Positions 10,490 to 21,349 of a DNA stretch of 55,294 bases are shown piece after piece (the stretch's first letter is position 1; every line of letters starts with the position of its first letter). Under the pieces are notes generated by a model. The model worked only from the letters and a program-made list of their open reading frames with translations. It was not told the origin of the DNA and did no database searches. Position numbers and translations under genes: made by a program. Source of the DNA: Ferruginibacter sp. (GTDB lineage: Bacteria > Bacteroidota > Bacteroidia > Chitinophagales > Chitinophagaceae); contig JANPIF010000117.1 in assembly GCA_031424845.1 (NCBI GenBank), positions 1 to 55,294 on the forward strand, in the 5' to 3' direction.

Positions 10490-10646
10490 TCCCTATGGTA
10501 GAGTAAATGAAAGCGTGGGATTTGATTTGAAACCAGCTTGGGCGGAAGCTGCAGCGGGTACGTGATAGTAGGAACTTTAATTATTGTGAGCATGGGCACC
10601 AACGGGGGCGAAGAAAACGCTGCGCTTAACTCTAAGGATAGTGGGG
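10490..10646. repeat. GC-richer intergenic element with imperfect inverted arms (degenerate attC-like cassette site?)
   Basis: tagagtaaatgaaagcgt (10499-10516) partly complements acgctgcgcttaactcta (10617-10634); outer ccctatg / gatagtg resemble decayed RYYYAAC / GTTRRRY. Confidence 0.35.
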
Positions 10647-12278
10647 TCATTGAAAATCATTATAAAAATCTGATCTTAAGTCATCAATGTAATATTTTTC
10701 ATTGAAATCGTTTTCAAATCTCTCGCTTGTGTCTATATCAGAACCGGGAATATAATTTTCAAGATTTATATTAGAATATATTGAAGTTTGGTTTTTAAAT
10801 CTTTCCTGCCATGAAACTGAAAGTTGGTTGTGATGGTCGAATTCAACTGTTGAAAATCTTGATATATTTTTTTCAAAATTTGAATTTATAATAATTTCAC
10901 TAATTTTTTTATCGAAGAACTTACTGGATAGTAATACCGAGAAGGGAGCATCGTATTTTTTTTTCAATTCAGTTGATTCCACCTGGATTTGTTCTTGAAG
11001 ATTATCAGGTAATATATAATATTCGTAAATCTGTCCTTGTAATTTTTTTATTGATATTGACTGTACATTATTAAGGAAAATATATCCCGTATGTTGGATG
11101 CCGGTATCTTTCATCATTATCGTGCAGCCAATTTCTTTACCTTTTGATAAATCTAAAGGAGATTTCCCCAAAAATCCGACATAATCTTTTTTATAGCTTT
11201 TGATGTGCCCTGATTTTGCTGGGTCATTGATATCAATTGAAAATCGTTCATTCAATGTCAGAAGATTTAAAAAGTATTTAGTACTTTCTTTTAATTTATG
11301 GTTTGACAATTTGTTTTCGGCTATTTCAAATACAGGAGAATATAAGTCAGGAAAATGTTTTTTAAAGTCGGAAGTATAAATTTGATTTGAATTGTCAAGG
11401 TATAAAACAGAAACATTTTTATACTTGTACAAGATGTTTTGACAAACTTCCATTTGAAATTTATTAAGATTCTTTTCATGAAGTGTCAGAAAGTGTTCAA
11501 CGTAAGGTAGCTTAGTGATAGAAACTATTTGAATGCTTGGGAAGTTTGAGAGTGGTATTTCTATAGTTTGTTCCTGACCAACGGGAGCCTTGAATTCGTA
11601 CCATTTAGGAAGGTCCCAGGATTTGAATTTAAACTTTAGAACTTTTTGTGTTTGGGGAATTAATTGATTAAGATTTTTTCTTAGATCCATTGTCAGATTT
11701 ATATCAATATTTATGATACGTCTTCGTTTCAACTCCCAAAAACATTTAGTAATAGTCTCAATATCACTTTCATTACTGTGAATCTTTTCTGAGGAAGGTC
11801 CAAACAATTCCTTATTTAATTCAGAAATACTTGGACTTTTATACAAATGATTGCCGTTCCTATTATGAAGCCTTGTTATAGAATCCATAATAGATATCCT
11901 TCCCTTTAACGGTATAAAGTTTAAGAAATTGTTTCTTAAAAATTCTGCACCCAGTATTTTTTCATCACAATTTAGATCATGGCCAATCAGATATATTGAC
12001 TTATTTATCAAACTTTGTAATTCCATCAATACTGTTTTCAAATCAAGACCATTATTAATCGCTGTTTGATTTGTTATACTATGAATATTTGAGATTTCCT
12101 TAGGAATTTCAAACCCAACTGGCTTGATAATGCAGTTGTGGCTTGATATTTCGACGGCGTCACTATTGTAAAATTTCCAGGAAAGTTTAAATATTCTTGG
12201 CCAGTTTAAAATATCTGTGAGAGGATAATTTAAATACTTTGGTACTCCGGTTGCTTTTACGTCTAAAAATAGGTACAT
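10647..12278 (-). CDS. DnaQ/DEDDh 3'-5' exonuclease-like N-terminal domain (degenerate) fused to an unknown domain
   Basis: MYLFLDVKATGVP..NWPR, GHDLNCD, HSNESD..CFWEL; ExoI DxE is DxK. Confidence 0.7.
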   Translation of the reverse strand: MYLFLDVKATGVPKYLNYPLTDILNWPRIFKLSWKFYNSDAVEISSHNCIIKPVGFEIPKEISNIHSITNQTAINNGLDLKTVLMELQSLINKSIYLIGHDLNCDEKILGAEFLRNNFLNFIPLKGRISIMDSITRLHNRNGNHLYKSPSISELNKELFGPSSEKIHSNESDIETITKCFWELKRRRIINIDINLTMDLRKNLNQLIPQTQKVLKFKFKSWDLPKWYEFKAPVGQEQTIEIPLSNFPSIQIVSITKLPYVEHFLTLHEKNLNKFQMEVCQNILYKYKNVSVLYLDNSNQIYTSDFKKHFPDLYSPVFEIAENKLSNHKLKESTKYFLNLLTLNERFSIDINDPAKSGHIKSYKKDYVGFLGKSPLDLSKGKEIGCTIMMKDTGIQHTGYIFLNNVQSISIKKLQGQIYEYYILPDNLQEQIQVESTELKKKYDAPFSVLLSSKFFDKKISEIIINSNFEKNISRFSTVEFDHHNQLSVSWQERFKNQTSIYSNINLENYIPGSDIDTSERFENDFNEKYYIDDLRSDFYNDFQ

Positions 12279-12565
12279 ATTTCTTGGTACTTTAATGAGT
12301 TCAATTTGTAATTTATATGAAGGAAAACGGAAAGTAATCTAATCTAACAGATATGCCAAACAGCAAAGCAAGCTATTTTCTGATGAATTCTAAAATGTCC
12401 AGCATTAAAAATGTTTGGCTTTGGTTTATAAAAATGTGTAAGAATGTGTTTTGCTTTGTATGTATAATAATAGTGCACAGGAAGCTTTCGCACAATGGCC
12501 TCGCCTCATTCCACTGCTAGATATCTGCGATAGTAGGAGGATTACATCTCTCCGCAGGAGAGAAA

Positions 12566-13339
12566 TTAAATTTTAGCTATATCGTAAGGTATTGTTTCTA
12601 TTAAATACAAACCAAAGTCAAATCCTTTTTGTTCAACAAAGGAAGTATCTGATAATGGAATATAGATATCAGAACAATTTTTCCTGTAGCTGTCATTCCG
12701 CTGCTTAAAAACCCCTGTGGCATCTTTTATTTTATCTGCTGGTAATTGAAATACGTATAAGTTACCCGACTGGTCATTGTTTAAAATAATATTTAATGCA
12801 GTTTAAAATTTAATATTAGATGGTTGAAGCCACCATTTACCTAAACTATAGATAAGGTTAGAAAATATAGTATTTGTATTTGTGAGTGTGGTTAAATTGT
12901 GTTGCCTTGCGAGGTCTAAAGCTTTTGATTTATTCATCTGAGTACTTACGATCTTTTCTATTAGTTCACTCTCATCAACTTCTTTAATTTTTTTCACGGT
13001 ACCTTTTTTAACACCCCCATCATAATGGCGGTGACATTTTTTGCATAAAATTCTTATGCACGATTCTATAGGCATATGGGCTTCTATAAACCTTGGTACA
13101 AATTCATTTATATCCACTTTTATGATGTCATCTTCCATAAACTCTGCAAGAATATTTGCAATAAGAAAAGGGCGCTCCTTTCCTGAGATATGTGCAGCAT
13201 CGAGCAATTCAGTGTTTCCGCATTCTTCGCACTGTCCAATTTGCTTTTTATGCTTCGATGCTATGTGACTGACTTTTATTCGTGTATAAGGGCCAATATA
13301 GCGTGTAAATTCTTGTATAGTTCCTTCAAATGTTGCCAT
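12566..13339 (-). pseudogene. HNH-like/Zn-binding protein with an internal in-frame TAA (12803-12805)
   Basis: CEECG...LDAAH...LCKKCHRHYD; frame continues 78 sense codons past the stop (TALNIILNNDQSGNLYVFQLP...) to TAA at 12566; likely ATG at 13339. Confidence 0.65.
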
Positions 13340-13509
13340 GGTAGTTTGTAGAATTTTTATTTTTTTCGGCACCAGCCTGAAAAATACCTTTGTTTAAAGC
13401 AAGTTTAGTAATGTCTTTATAATGCAGCGGCTTTTTTACATCGTTTAATATTTCTATGGCTGCGTTAATAAATTTGTTCATGAATAGATAGTTGATTTTA
13501 ATTTCTTAT

Positions 13510-14058
13510 TTAATGTCCGGATCTTCCAAGCAAAGGTTGCAAAGCATCATGTAATACTGTTTCCATTTGCTCGAGATACTTCATAATATTTTTCTCAAAA
13601 CAAATTTTTGCAAAGTGAAGTGTAAAGGAATATTCTGTTGCCCAATATTTTAAATGTAATGCATAAGTCTTACTTTCATTTAATCCGAGGTGATAAACAA
13701 ATCTCGATGGGAAATTCGAATTTGTTTTACCGACATATAAAATATTAGATGTCCTTTCTTTATTAACTTTTGGAAGTGCTAACTTTTTTGCCCTTTTTTT
13801 TGCCTTTGTTGCCTTTGCTAATATCGCTTGGGGATCAATGTTCTCATTCATTGAAATATAATAAAGCACTGAACAATCTTTATCAATGTTTTTTTCTAAT
13901 AAATACTTTATCCAATCTGTATACTCTTCATCAATTTTACTACAAATTATTTCTAAGGTTTCAAATTGAGGTAAATCAATTTTTGTAAGAAAATCTATGT
14001 CTGTTCGAAGTGTTGTGATGTAACTATTCAGGTGAGTTTGATATAATGTTTGTTCCAT
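13510..14058 (-). CDS. GIY-YIG-like nuclease
   Basis: VLYYI ... ILYVGKT ... RFVYH ... ME..L....QPLLG. Confidence 0.6.
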   Translation of the reverse strand: MEQTLYQTHLNSYITTLRTDIDFLTKIDLPQFETLEIICSKIDEEYTDWIKYLLEKNIDKDCSVLYYISMNENIDPQAILAKATKAKKRAKKLALPKVNKERTSNILYVGKTNSNFPSRFVYHLGLNESKTYALHLKYWATEYSFTLHFAKICFEKNIMKYLEQMETVLHDALQPLLGRSGH

Positions 14059-14154
14059 TAATACGGTTAATTATTTATTGATACTTAGTCTGATAGAATC
14101 TTCTGTGCTTGCAGTAACTACACTACGAGAGTTTAGACCATAAGAAGTACTGCC

Positions 14155-14376
14155 TTAAGCCAACTTTCTCAAATCGGTATTATCTCTATTGCTTTTTCCA
14201 ATGTTACATTTCCCGCATAGTGTCTGATAGTTTTCTAATTCATTTTTACCACCCTTAGATCTTGGATTAATATGATCCACATGCAGAATCACAGTATCAT
14301 TATCGGTAGCCTTAATACCACACGAAACACACCTCCAGCCATCTCTCTGAAAAACCCGCCATCGGATCCCTGGCAT
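14155..14376 (-). CDS. HNH endonuclease (short; in frame with the upstream helicase)
   Basis: RDGWRCVSCG...LHVDHINPRSKGG...NYQTLCGKCNIGK. Confidence 0.85.
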   Translation of the reverse strand: MPGIRWRVFQRDGWRCVSCGIKATDNDTVILHVDHINPRSKGGKNELENYQTLCGKCNIGKSNRDNTDLRKLA

Positions 14377-14409
14377 GACTTTAATCCTTGTACCAGCCTT
14401 TTCTGGCTT

Positions 14410-17400
14410 TTATCCAACCTTTTCCCATCCTATACTATGTTCAAAGACTTCCGTGTGTTTTTCCAGTAGTGCAATTTCTTCTTTCTGAACATCTATCGCT
14501 AAATAGGCCACCTCAAATTTCCATTTTTGACTTTCTTTTAGAACTTTAATAAATAAGGATTGATGGTTTAAAATATAAGACTTCTTTTCAGAATCATGAT
14601 AAGAAAAATCTTCAAACTCTTTCCTCTTTATTAGAAACACATCATTTTGAATCCATGAATCAGGCAAAAATGTTTTTGAGGCACGTCTAAAATTATTTAT
14701 ACTCTGATTTGTGGGTTTAGTTATTGGAATATTCAATTGCTCTTTTGTTAGGTCTTGATCAAATATTTCTTTTTCAATAATGTCAGCCGCATAGATTAAA
14801 TTCCTAAAAGTTATTTGAATCTCTTCTACACTTAGTGGATTTATATTCAGGTCTCGAAGAAAGAGAGGTAATTCCGCTTTCACATATATTCCCCAAACAG
14901 AACCGGAGGTTTGAGAAATATCCAGGCAAAGTTTTATGCCCGGTAAATAATGGGCCTGTATTATTGGGTTGCTGTAGAAGTTCCCTTTTAAAATTTTATA
15001 CTTTGATGCGGGAGCAATTGGTGTCTTCATTGATAGCACATATACAGTAGAATTATTACAGCTTGACCCTATGTGATCAATATCCAAGTCTATTACAACA
15101 GGCTGTTTCCGGTCGCCGTTAATGGTTGGGTCAAGTAAAATTGATCGGTTATCAATATTATTGATAAAATATGCCTCGGGTATTAAATTATCTAGCGCCT
15201 TCAGCGAATTTATTATTGAAGTATAATATAAGGATATATCAGATTTTATATAGGTGGGGTTGGCGGTGCCGATTTCAGCAAAATCGTTGGCAATACATGG
15301 GAATGGATCAGTTACAGTTTGAAGAGAAGGTGACCTGAAAAATCTTGACCAACCGTTAATATCATTTTCCTCTAGCGCATAGCTGTGATTTTCTTCAAAG
15401 GATTTTCCCAAGTCAATAAGGCATTCCTCACTGTATTTTCTTTTCGCAAATCTTCCCAAATGATCTTCATCTACCGTATCCTTTAAGTATGGATAATAAA
15501 TATTCAGTGTTGATTTTTCATCTTGCTCCAGCAATCTTTCAATTTTTCCGAACATTCTGTCAATCCTGCCAATACGCTGTTCATTATCACCGGGTGTCCA
15601 TGCCATACCGTAATGGTAGACTGTGTCACAGAAATATTGTAGATTAACACCCTCCTGAAGTACGGACGTCGCAACAAGAATGTCTGGATAAAAGGGCGTA
15701 TTAAAACACCTTAAAACTTTCTGGTTTGAGTTATTAGCGTTGTAAGGGTAAATTGGTTGCGCATTATTAAAACTGTCCCAACTTTCATCCAGCAATTTTC
15801 GCATACTGTTTATGCTGAATACCTTTGTGTAAATAACCTGGAAGTGTAGTATTGAATCTATTATTTGCCGGTAGAGTTTTAACTCAACCAGCTTTTGTTT
15901 TACTGCGTTACAAAAAGAGAAATATTGTTCAGCCCCCTTTTCCGAGTTCTTAATTTCTCTGTTTAAGAATAAATCATAAAATCTAATCATAGCCTCCGAA
16001 GCGAGAATGGTACCTTTCTCTAAAAAATTAGAAAATGCTTCTTTTTCCTCGTTAGAGAAAGCTCGATATTTTATTGTTACTTCCTTTTTTATTAAATCTG
16101 CAATAGACAGATCTGCCTCAAAGACCTCCCAAAAGATAGTAAGTAAAGTAGGAATCATTTCTGTTTTCGTATCTGCCTCTTCGCTTACTGGATTCTTATT
16201 AAGTAACCTGCTCAATAGATCCTTTGCTTCAGCAGCGTTATTCAATTTCGTGGTTCTGTGAAGCAAAGCAGAGTTATAATAATTTTCCAATTCCTCCTTC
16301 CCCACATTATATCGGAAAGACTTAAAGTTCTGATAAGGGCTGTTAAAATAATCTTCTCCGGGACTGAAAAACATAGAAAAAATACCTGGTTTAGAGCGGG
16401 TGAATCTTAGCCGAAAGTTTGAGGCTGCAGTATGAGATAATGTATCCTTTTTAATGATTTTGAATAGGCTTAATACTTTCGAAGAGGGAATATTCTTATT
16501 TTCCTCGTCCGCATTATCATCAATGCTCTCACTTGCTAGTGATTGTTCGCCCATTATAGCATTAAATGTTTTCCTGTTAAGTTTTTCAAAGGCTAAATTG
16601 CCAAGTAAATCATGTTGAAGAATTTGCCAGAATTTTTTGTCGTAGTGTTCTATAACCCGACGTGAAATTTCCCGCACAGAAGGGATCCGTCTTACAAACA
16701 CTACAACTTTTTCATCGGTATGCTTTTCGGTAAGGTCCTCTACTAATTTTTCGTACTTAGGATGAGAGGGACTTTCATTGAAAATATGATAATATTTTTG
16801 AGACAGTTTAGTTAATAAAAGCCTATCTGTACCGGTATCGTAATCACTGGAATTGCTTTTACTCTCGCTTTCTTCAGTTGCATCTTCATTTTCACTTGCA
16901 TCATTTTCCTGAGGTAGGAATTCTATGCCTTCCAAGTATTTCATCATTCGGGAAACACTGCCACCGGCGTGTGTTTTAATTTTTTGATTTTTACTTATTT
17001 CTTTGGCTAATTCATGCTGGTATAAACCAAAAAACATTTCACTTAGCGGCTTCTCTCTAAAATCAGAAGCAGATGGCGTTTCCTGCCTGTAGTTATATTT
17101 ATTAAGTGCTTTTGTACTTAACCTTCTAAGCCTCCTGATGCATATTTCATCAAGTATTTGTTTATATGTACTATTCTGAAACTTTTCAGTAAAGTAACTC
17201 ACAATATTTTTTATATCATTTGAGGAGCTGTGATTAGGGGTAGCGGTTAATAATAACACCTGCTTAGCTATTTTAATTGTATCCGGAATAGCAGGGTCGC
17301 CGAAAAAAATTCCGGCGGAATTTACACGAAGGCTACCCCCTTCTTTATTTCTGAAGTAGTGAGCTTCATCAATAATTACCAGATCAAAGTATGGTTTGTT

Positions 17401-18027
17401 ATGGTCTGCATGTGATACAATTTCTGTTTTCAGCAACCTCATAATTTCATTGTTGTACGCCAAATCAGAATTTTCAGAAAGCCTTATTGTTTTAGCAGAT
17501 GCTTTTATATTGAGAGTTTCCAATCTTTCAATTGATTTATTCCCTGCCATTAAACCGCTAAAAGAAGATATTTTACCGATAAATAACTTGCCCCATCCCT
17601 GTTGAATTTCATGCACCAGTGCATATAAATTGCGGCAGTAGATCATTTTCCTCGTGGGCTTCCCGTCTAACATGCCCTTTACTATGTTGTCACTATGCCT
17701 GTAATGATGAAAAACAAAATTTTGATATTCCTTTTCCCAATTTCGAGCTATTTCATCCCGGGGTGCGAGTACCAAAACCCTTGCTTTAGGGTTTTGATTC
17801 CACAATGCTGCACAAACCGCTAAGGCTTGGATCGTTTTTCCCATTCCCACTTCATCTGCCAATAAAGCTAATTTTTTTTCTTCCAGAAGATTAAATGCTT
17901 TTGCTGCGCCCTTAACCTGCAGGTTTCTCATATCATCCCCTTTAAGATCAAACTTCCAATTCGGCTCAAGGGAATTTGAATAGAAATTTACCAGCGAGGA
18001 AATATAATCAGGCGTAATTAACATCAA
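14410..18027 (-). CDS. SNF2-family helicase/ATPase of a putative defence module
   Basis: LLADEVGMGKT, DEAH, LTATP, QEGVNLQ, EQRIGRIDR. Confidence 0.88.
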   Translation of the reverse strand: MMLITPDYISSLVNFYSNSLEPNWKFDLKGDDMRNLQVKGAAKAFNLLEEKKLALLADEVGMGKTIQALAVCAALWNQNPKARVLVLAPRDEIARNWEKEYQNFVFHHYRHSDNIVKGMLDGKPTRKMIYCRNLYALVHEIQQGWGKLFIGKISSFSGLMAGNKSIERLETLNIKASAKTIRLSENSDLAYNNEIMRLLKTEIVSHADHNKPYFDLVIIDEAHYFRNKEGGSLRVNSAGIFFGDPAIPDTIKIAKQVLLLTATPNHSSSNDIKNIVSYFTEKFQNSTYKQILDEICIRRLRRLSTKALNKYNYRQETPSASDFREKPLSEMFFGLYQHELAKEISKNQKIKTHAGGSVSRMMKYLEGIEFLPQENDASENEDATEESESKSNSSDYDTGTDRLLLTKLSQKYYHIFNESPSHPKYEKLVEDLTEKHTDEKVVVFVRRIPSVREISRRVIEHYDKKFWQILQHDLLGNLAFEKLNRKTFNAIMGEQSLASESIDDNADEENKNIPSSKVLSLFKIIKKDTLSHTAASNFRLRFTRSKPGIFSMFFSPGEDYFNSPYQNFKSFRYNVGKEELENYYNSALLHRTTKLNNAAEAKDLLSRLLNKNPVSEEADTKTEMIPTLLTIFWEVFEADLSIADLIKKEVTIKYRAFSNEEKEAFSNFLEKGTILASEAMIRFYDLFLNREIKNSEKGAEQYFSFCNAVKQKLVELKLYRQIIDSILHFQVIYTKVFSINSMRKLLDESWDSFNNAQPIYPYNANNSNQKVLRCFNTPFYPDILVATSVLQEGVNLQYFCDTVYHYGMAWTPGDNEQRIGRIDRMFGKIERLLEQDEKSTLNIYYPYLKDTVDEDHLGRFAKRKYSEECLIDLGKSFEENHSYALEENDINGWSRFFRSPSLQTVTDPFPCIANDFAEIGTANPTYIKSDISLYYTSIINSLKALDNLIPEAYFINNIDNRSILLDPTINGDRKQPVVIDLDIDHIGSSCNNSTVYVLSMKTPIAPASKYKILKGNFYSNPIIQAHYLPGIKLCLDISQTSGSVWGIYVKAELPLFLRDLNINPLSVEEIQITFRNLIYAADIIEKEIFDQDLTKEQLNIPITKPTNQSINNFRRASKTFLPDSWIQNDVFLIKRKEFEDFSYHDSEKKSYILNHQSLFIKVLKESQKWKFEVAYLAIDVQKEEIALLEKHTEVFEHSIGWEKVG

Positions 18028-20006
18028 TCTTTAAGTTTACTTTTAATAAAGTCTATCCATTTTGACAATTGTACTTCCCCAATTTCTTCTTTTTGTTTTG
18101 AGGTAAGAATATTTTCAACTTTTAAGTTTTTTATGCCTTTAATAAATTCTTCTTTAATATCTATCGTGTTGTTAAAAAAAACAAATACCCGGTTGGATTT
18201 TTCAATTAAAAACCACAGATAAATTGGGCTTTTCAGAAATTTACTTTTATCTTTTTCGTACGAATCTCGTAATAATGTCAAATGGTCTCTCAATTCCGTC
18301 AGGCTTCCGGGCAACACCCTCCCTATTTTCTTCAGTTCTGCAATTTTATCCTTTTTGTATAATTGATTGCATTTCTCAATTCGGTTCATAATACATTCAA
18401 ATGCATAAAAACTCCCAAACCAGGGATTCTGATCATCACTCATTAAAATCTTCCGGGTTTGTTCGTTAATCTCATTCCCGTTATCATTTTCAACATTGTA
18501 AGGTAGCCGGTGTTTTTCAGTATTATCTTCCGGTTTTTCTGTAACCCAACCTTTTAAAAAATCATCTATGTTGGCAAATACTCTTGCAGGGCGGCTGGCC
18601 AAACCTATTTCTCTGATGTAGCCTTTATAAAGAATTATACCCTTAGTATCTTCAACCTGAAAAAACCTATCCGTTAACAGAATAGTTTTATTATGTCTGA
18701 ATGAAACTTCATTAGAAAGGATGGTTATTTTCTGTGCGCCAATACCCGGCAGTTTAATAAGAGAATCTTCTCCTATTTGATTAAACAAATTTGTTAAGCT
18801 TGGACTTATAAGTTTTATGGTAAGTTTATCCCAATCAGCTACGAGATCTATAGATACTATAAATTCATCCAACAAGTCTTCCTTTTCTGCATCCAATTCT
18901 GCTTTGCTGTAATAGCCGGGTGCTTTTAAGGAAGAAGTTTCATTGCTCAATAAAACATCCTGATATTCTTTTGGGCTTAAATTGTAAATAACTCCGGCTT
19001 CGATATTATTATTTGCTAAAGGGGAAATGTTCATTCCCGAACGTGTCATATTCCAGGAGCCTATTGCTATTGATTTAGGAGTAAGCCAAACCTTCGCATG
19101 CACAAAAGATTCTCTTGCAGCAAAAGGCAACCTGTCCTCTTTAAAAAATACTTTTTTATTGGCTTTACATGCCATAAAGGTTTCTTCAGTCAATCGTATT
19201 TTTTGGTTTTCATTTTTGGCAGGCACAATCTCAATATTGGCAAAGTATTCCTCTTCAATTAATTCGTCCACCAACAGATTTAAATCATTGGAGTAATAGG
19301 GACTCCATACTCTAACCTCCGGCGCAGGGTAAGTAGAACAGAAGCGATCCAAAAAAGAGTTTTGATTGAAAGACGAGAAGAAATTCCATTTCGTTTCCTT
19401 CTGCCCTAATTTTCCCGTAAGCAATTTGGTTAAAAGTGGATGATATTCAAATCCTTTGATCTTATCTGTTATCCCTTTAAAGAACTTACCAACTTCCCTT
19501 CCTGTAGATGTGTTCTCTATTTTTTCGCAAAAAAAGCATTCCCTGTTCTTACTCCAACCCCCAAAAGTGAGATTGGCAGATGATACCATTAACCAGTACT
19601 CACCAGCAGCAGTTTCTATTAGTACAACTTTAGGGTGAAACACACCTTTGGAAAACTTCAATCCAGGGCTCAGTCCGGAAATTTGTTTAATATCCACAGG
19701 GTGCAAATGGACAGAGGTTTGTTTTGCCGTACTGCTTTGTATCAATGCCCTGTAATCATAAAATACCTTTACTTCTATCCGGTCCTCTTCAAGTGAATCC
19801 TGTTCATTTGCCAGCTGTGCATTAAGGGCTTCATAATCATAAGAACTTTTTAGGTCTTTATATGAATAACCCATTAGCGCTGACAAAATATACTTTTCAA
19901 AAAAAGTAACATCAAGATTAAATGTTGTAAACCAGACACGCTTTAGCTTACCACACGCAGCTATTTGATCTGTAAAGTTTTTATGTAATTTAATGCCAGC
20001 TCCCAT
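18024..20006 (-). CDS. Phospholipase D-family nuclease-like protein with two HxK motifs
   Basis: FHPKVVL...SSANLT and VHAKVWL...GSWNMT. Confidence 0.85.
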   Translation of the reverse strand: MGAGIKLHKNFTDQIAACGKLKRVWFTTFNLDVTFFEKYILSALMGYSYKDLKSSYDYEALNAQLANEQDSLEEDRIEVKVFYDYRALIQSSTAKQTSVHLHPVDIKQISGLSPGLKFSKGVFHPKVVLIETAAGEYWLMVSSANLTFGGWSKNRECFFCEKIENTSTGREVGKFFKGITDKIKGFEYHPLLTKLLTGKLGQKETKWNFFSSFNQNSFLDRFCSTYPAPEVRVWSPYYSNDLNLLVDELIEEEYFANIEIVPAKNENQKIRLTEETFMACKANKKVFFKEDRLPFAARESFVHAKVWLTPKSIAIGSWNMTRSGMNISPLANNNIEAGVIYNLSPKEYQDVLLSNETSSLKAPGYYSKAELDAEKEDLLDEFIVSIDLVADWDKLTIKLISPSLTNLFNQIGEDSLIKLPGIGAQKITILSNEVSFRHNKTILLTDRFFQVEDTKGIILYKGYIREIGLASRPARVFANIDDFLKGWVTEKPEDNTEKHRLPYNVENDNGNEINEQTRKILMSDDQNPWFGSFYAFECIMNRIEKCNQLYKKDKIAELKKIGRVLPGSLTELRDHLTLLRDSYEKDKSKFLKSPIYLWFLIEKSNRVFVFFNNTIDIKEEFIKGIKNLKVENILTSKQKEEIGEVQLSKWIDFIKSKLKD

Positions 20007-21349
20007 TAGTTTAATCCCTCAAAAATATTTCTTACCGTCCCTAAATAATATGTATGCAACCAACCTTTACTATCCAAATATTTTGGTATTGTGTTTATCT
20101 CCTTCGGCAGTGGTACCCCGAAGTAATGCTTAAAATTATTCAGACCGTCCAATTCAACCCATTTATTACCTCCCCTATCATCCATAATTTTTTTGTGATA
20201 TTCAAGTACCCTTATTAACCATTCTGTAAGAGTGCCCTCTGACCTCATAACCTGCGCCAGCTCAGATAACCGGGTGACAGGCTTATGGACAATAAACATT
20301 GCAGCAGCCGTAATTTCCTTTCTCAAGATCATTAGATCATTCTGTATATCGGGTAAGTTTTTTACAGATTGTTGCCCTAGGTACCTTAATAAATATTCTG
20401 CATGTGATAGAAACGGTTCAATATTAATGATGGTTTCTACTTTCTCGAACTCAGCCGGTTCATTTTTTAGATTCGCTCTTGCTCCAGAAAATATTTTAGA
20501 ATGGTCAATATATTCTCCATTGTTCACCAATGCAATTTGATCATATAATGCTTTTGGAGCGCCAGATAACAGACCTAATTTATCTCTCCAATACTCTCGT
20601 ACAGCTTTGGGTACTTTACTGCTTCCGAAACAGCTTAAATAACCCGTACATACTTCCTTATATAATTTACTTCTCTTTACCTCCGCCAATGTAAAGCGGG
20701 GATAATCCTTATAGTTACTCTTTAATAATTTATCAATTATTAATTCAGACAGTTTTAGTTCCAAGCCCATAGCCTGTGACCATTTTGTCATAAAGCGTTC
20801 TACATGTTCCCATGTTTTAGGATAATAACTAAAAGACCGGTCTATAAATTCCATATTAATCATCGGTCCTTTATACCTGCCTGTCATACCTAAGTTGATT
20901 TGATTTTTTAAAAGCCCTGCTCGCTTATAGGCTTCTAAAAATATTTGATCCTCAGGGTACGAATTATGCTTTACCTTGGCCTTCGTTAACCCTAAGATTC
21001 CAACGGTATCTACCTTTTTTTCAGCAGATTCTGAATGCAAATAAAACGTCCATGTAACAACGTCTTCTAAAAACATTAATAATCCTGTTTTCACGTCAGC
21101 ATCTGTAGACCATGCTTTATATCTGTTCTTCGCCTCTTGAATTTGTTCAGGATAATTTTTATAAAGAGAGTTGATAAGATGGTTATGAAATAAATTAAAT
21201 GTAAAAACCCTCAAATCATTTGCGATGGTAGTTAGCTTTTCATTGAATATTTCTTGCCCGTAATGAGTCCAAATTACCTGGATACCCATTGGGTCTACAG
21301 AGGATTCTGAAGTTATATCGGGATCAGGTATAGTAAAGAATTCTTTCAA
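20006..21349 (-). CDS. Hypothetical protein with N-terminal DPMG motif, partner of the PLD + helicase
   Basis: 447-aa ORF, TTG start overlapping upstream stop; SVDPMGIQVIW, GRYKGPM. Confidence 0.75.
   Translation of the reverse strand: MKEFFTIPDPDITSESSVDPMGIQVIWTHYGQEIFNEKLTTIANDLRVFTFNLFHNHLINSLYKNYPEQIQEAKNRYKAWSTDADVKTGLLMFLEDVVTWTFYLHSESAEKKVDTVGILGLTKAKVKHNSYPEDQIFLEAYKRAGLLKNQINLGMTGRYKGPMINMEFIDRSFSYYPKTWEHVERFMTKWSQAMGLELKLSELIIDKLLKSNYKDYPRFTLAEVKRSKLYKEVCTGYLSCFGSSKVPKAVREYWRDKLGLLSGAPKALYDQIALVNNGEYIDHSKIFSGARANLKNEPAEFEKVETIINIEPFLSHAEYLLRYLGQQSVKNLPDIQNDLMILRKEITAAAMFIVHKPVTRLSELAQVMRSEGTLTEWLIRVLEYHKKIMDDRGGNKWVELDGLNNFKHYFGVPLPKEINTIPKYLDSKGWLHTYYLGTVRNIFEGLN

Noticed and set aside
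10441-10650. 69-aa ORF downstream of the exonuclease-like gene
   Set aside because: Atypical composition; coincides with the structured intergenic element
4792-14412. Alternative genetic code suggested by three in-frame stops
   Set aside because: The stops differ (TAG, TAA, TAA) and both codons terminate many intact genes here; mutation or error is simpler
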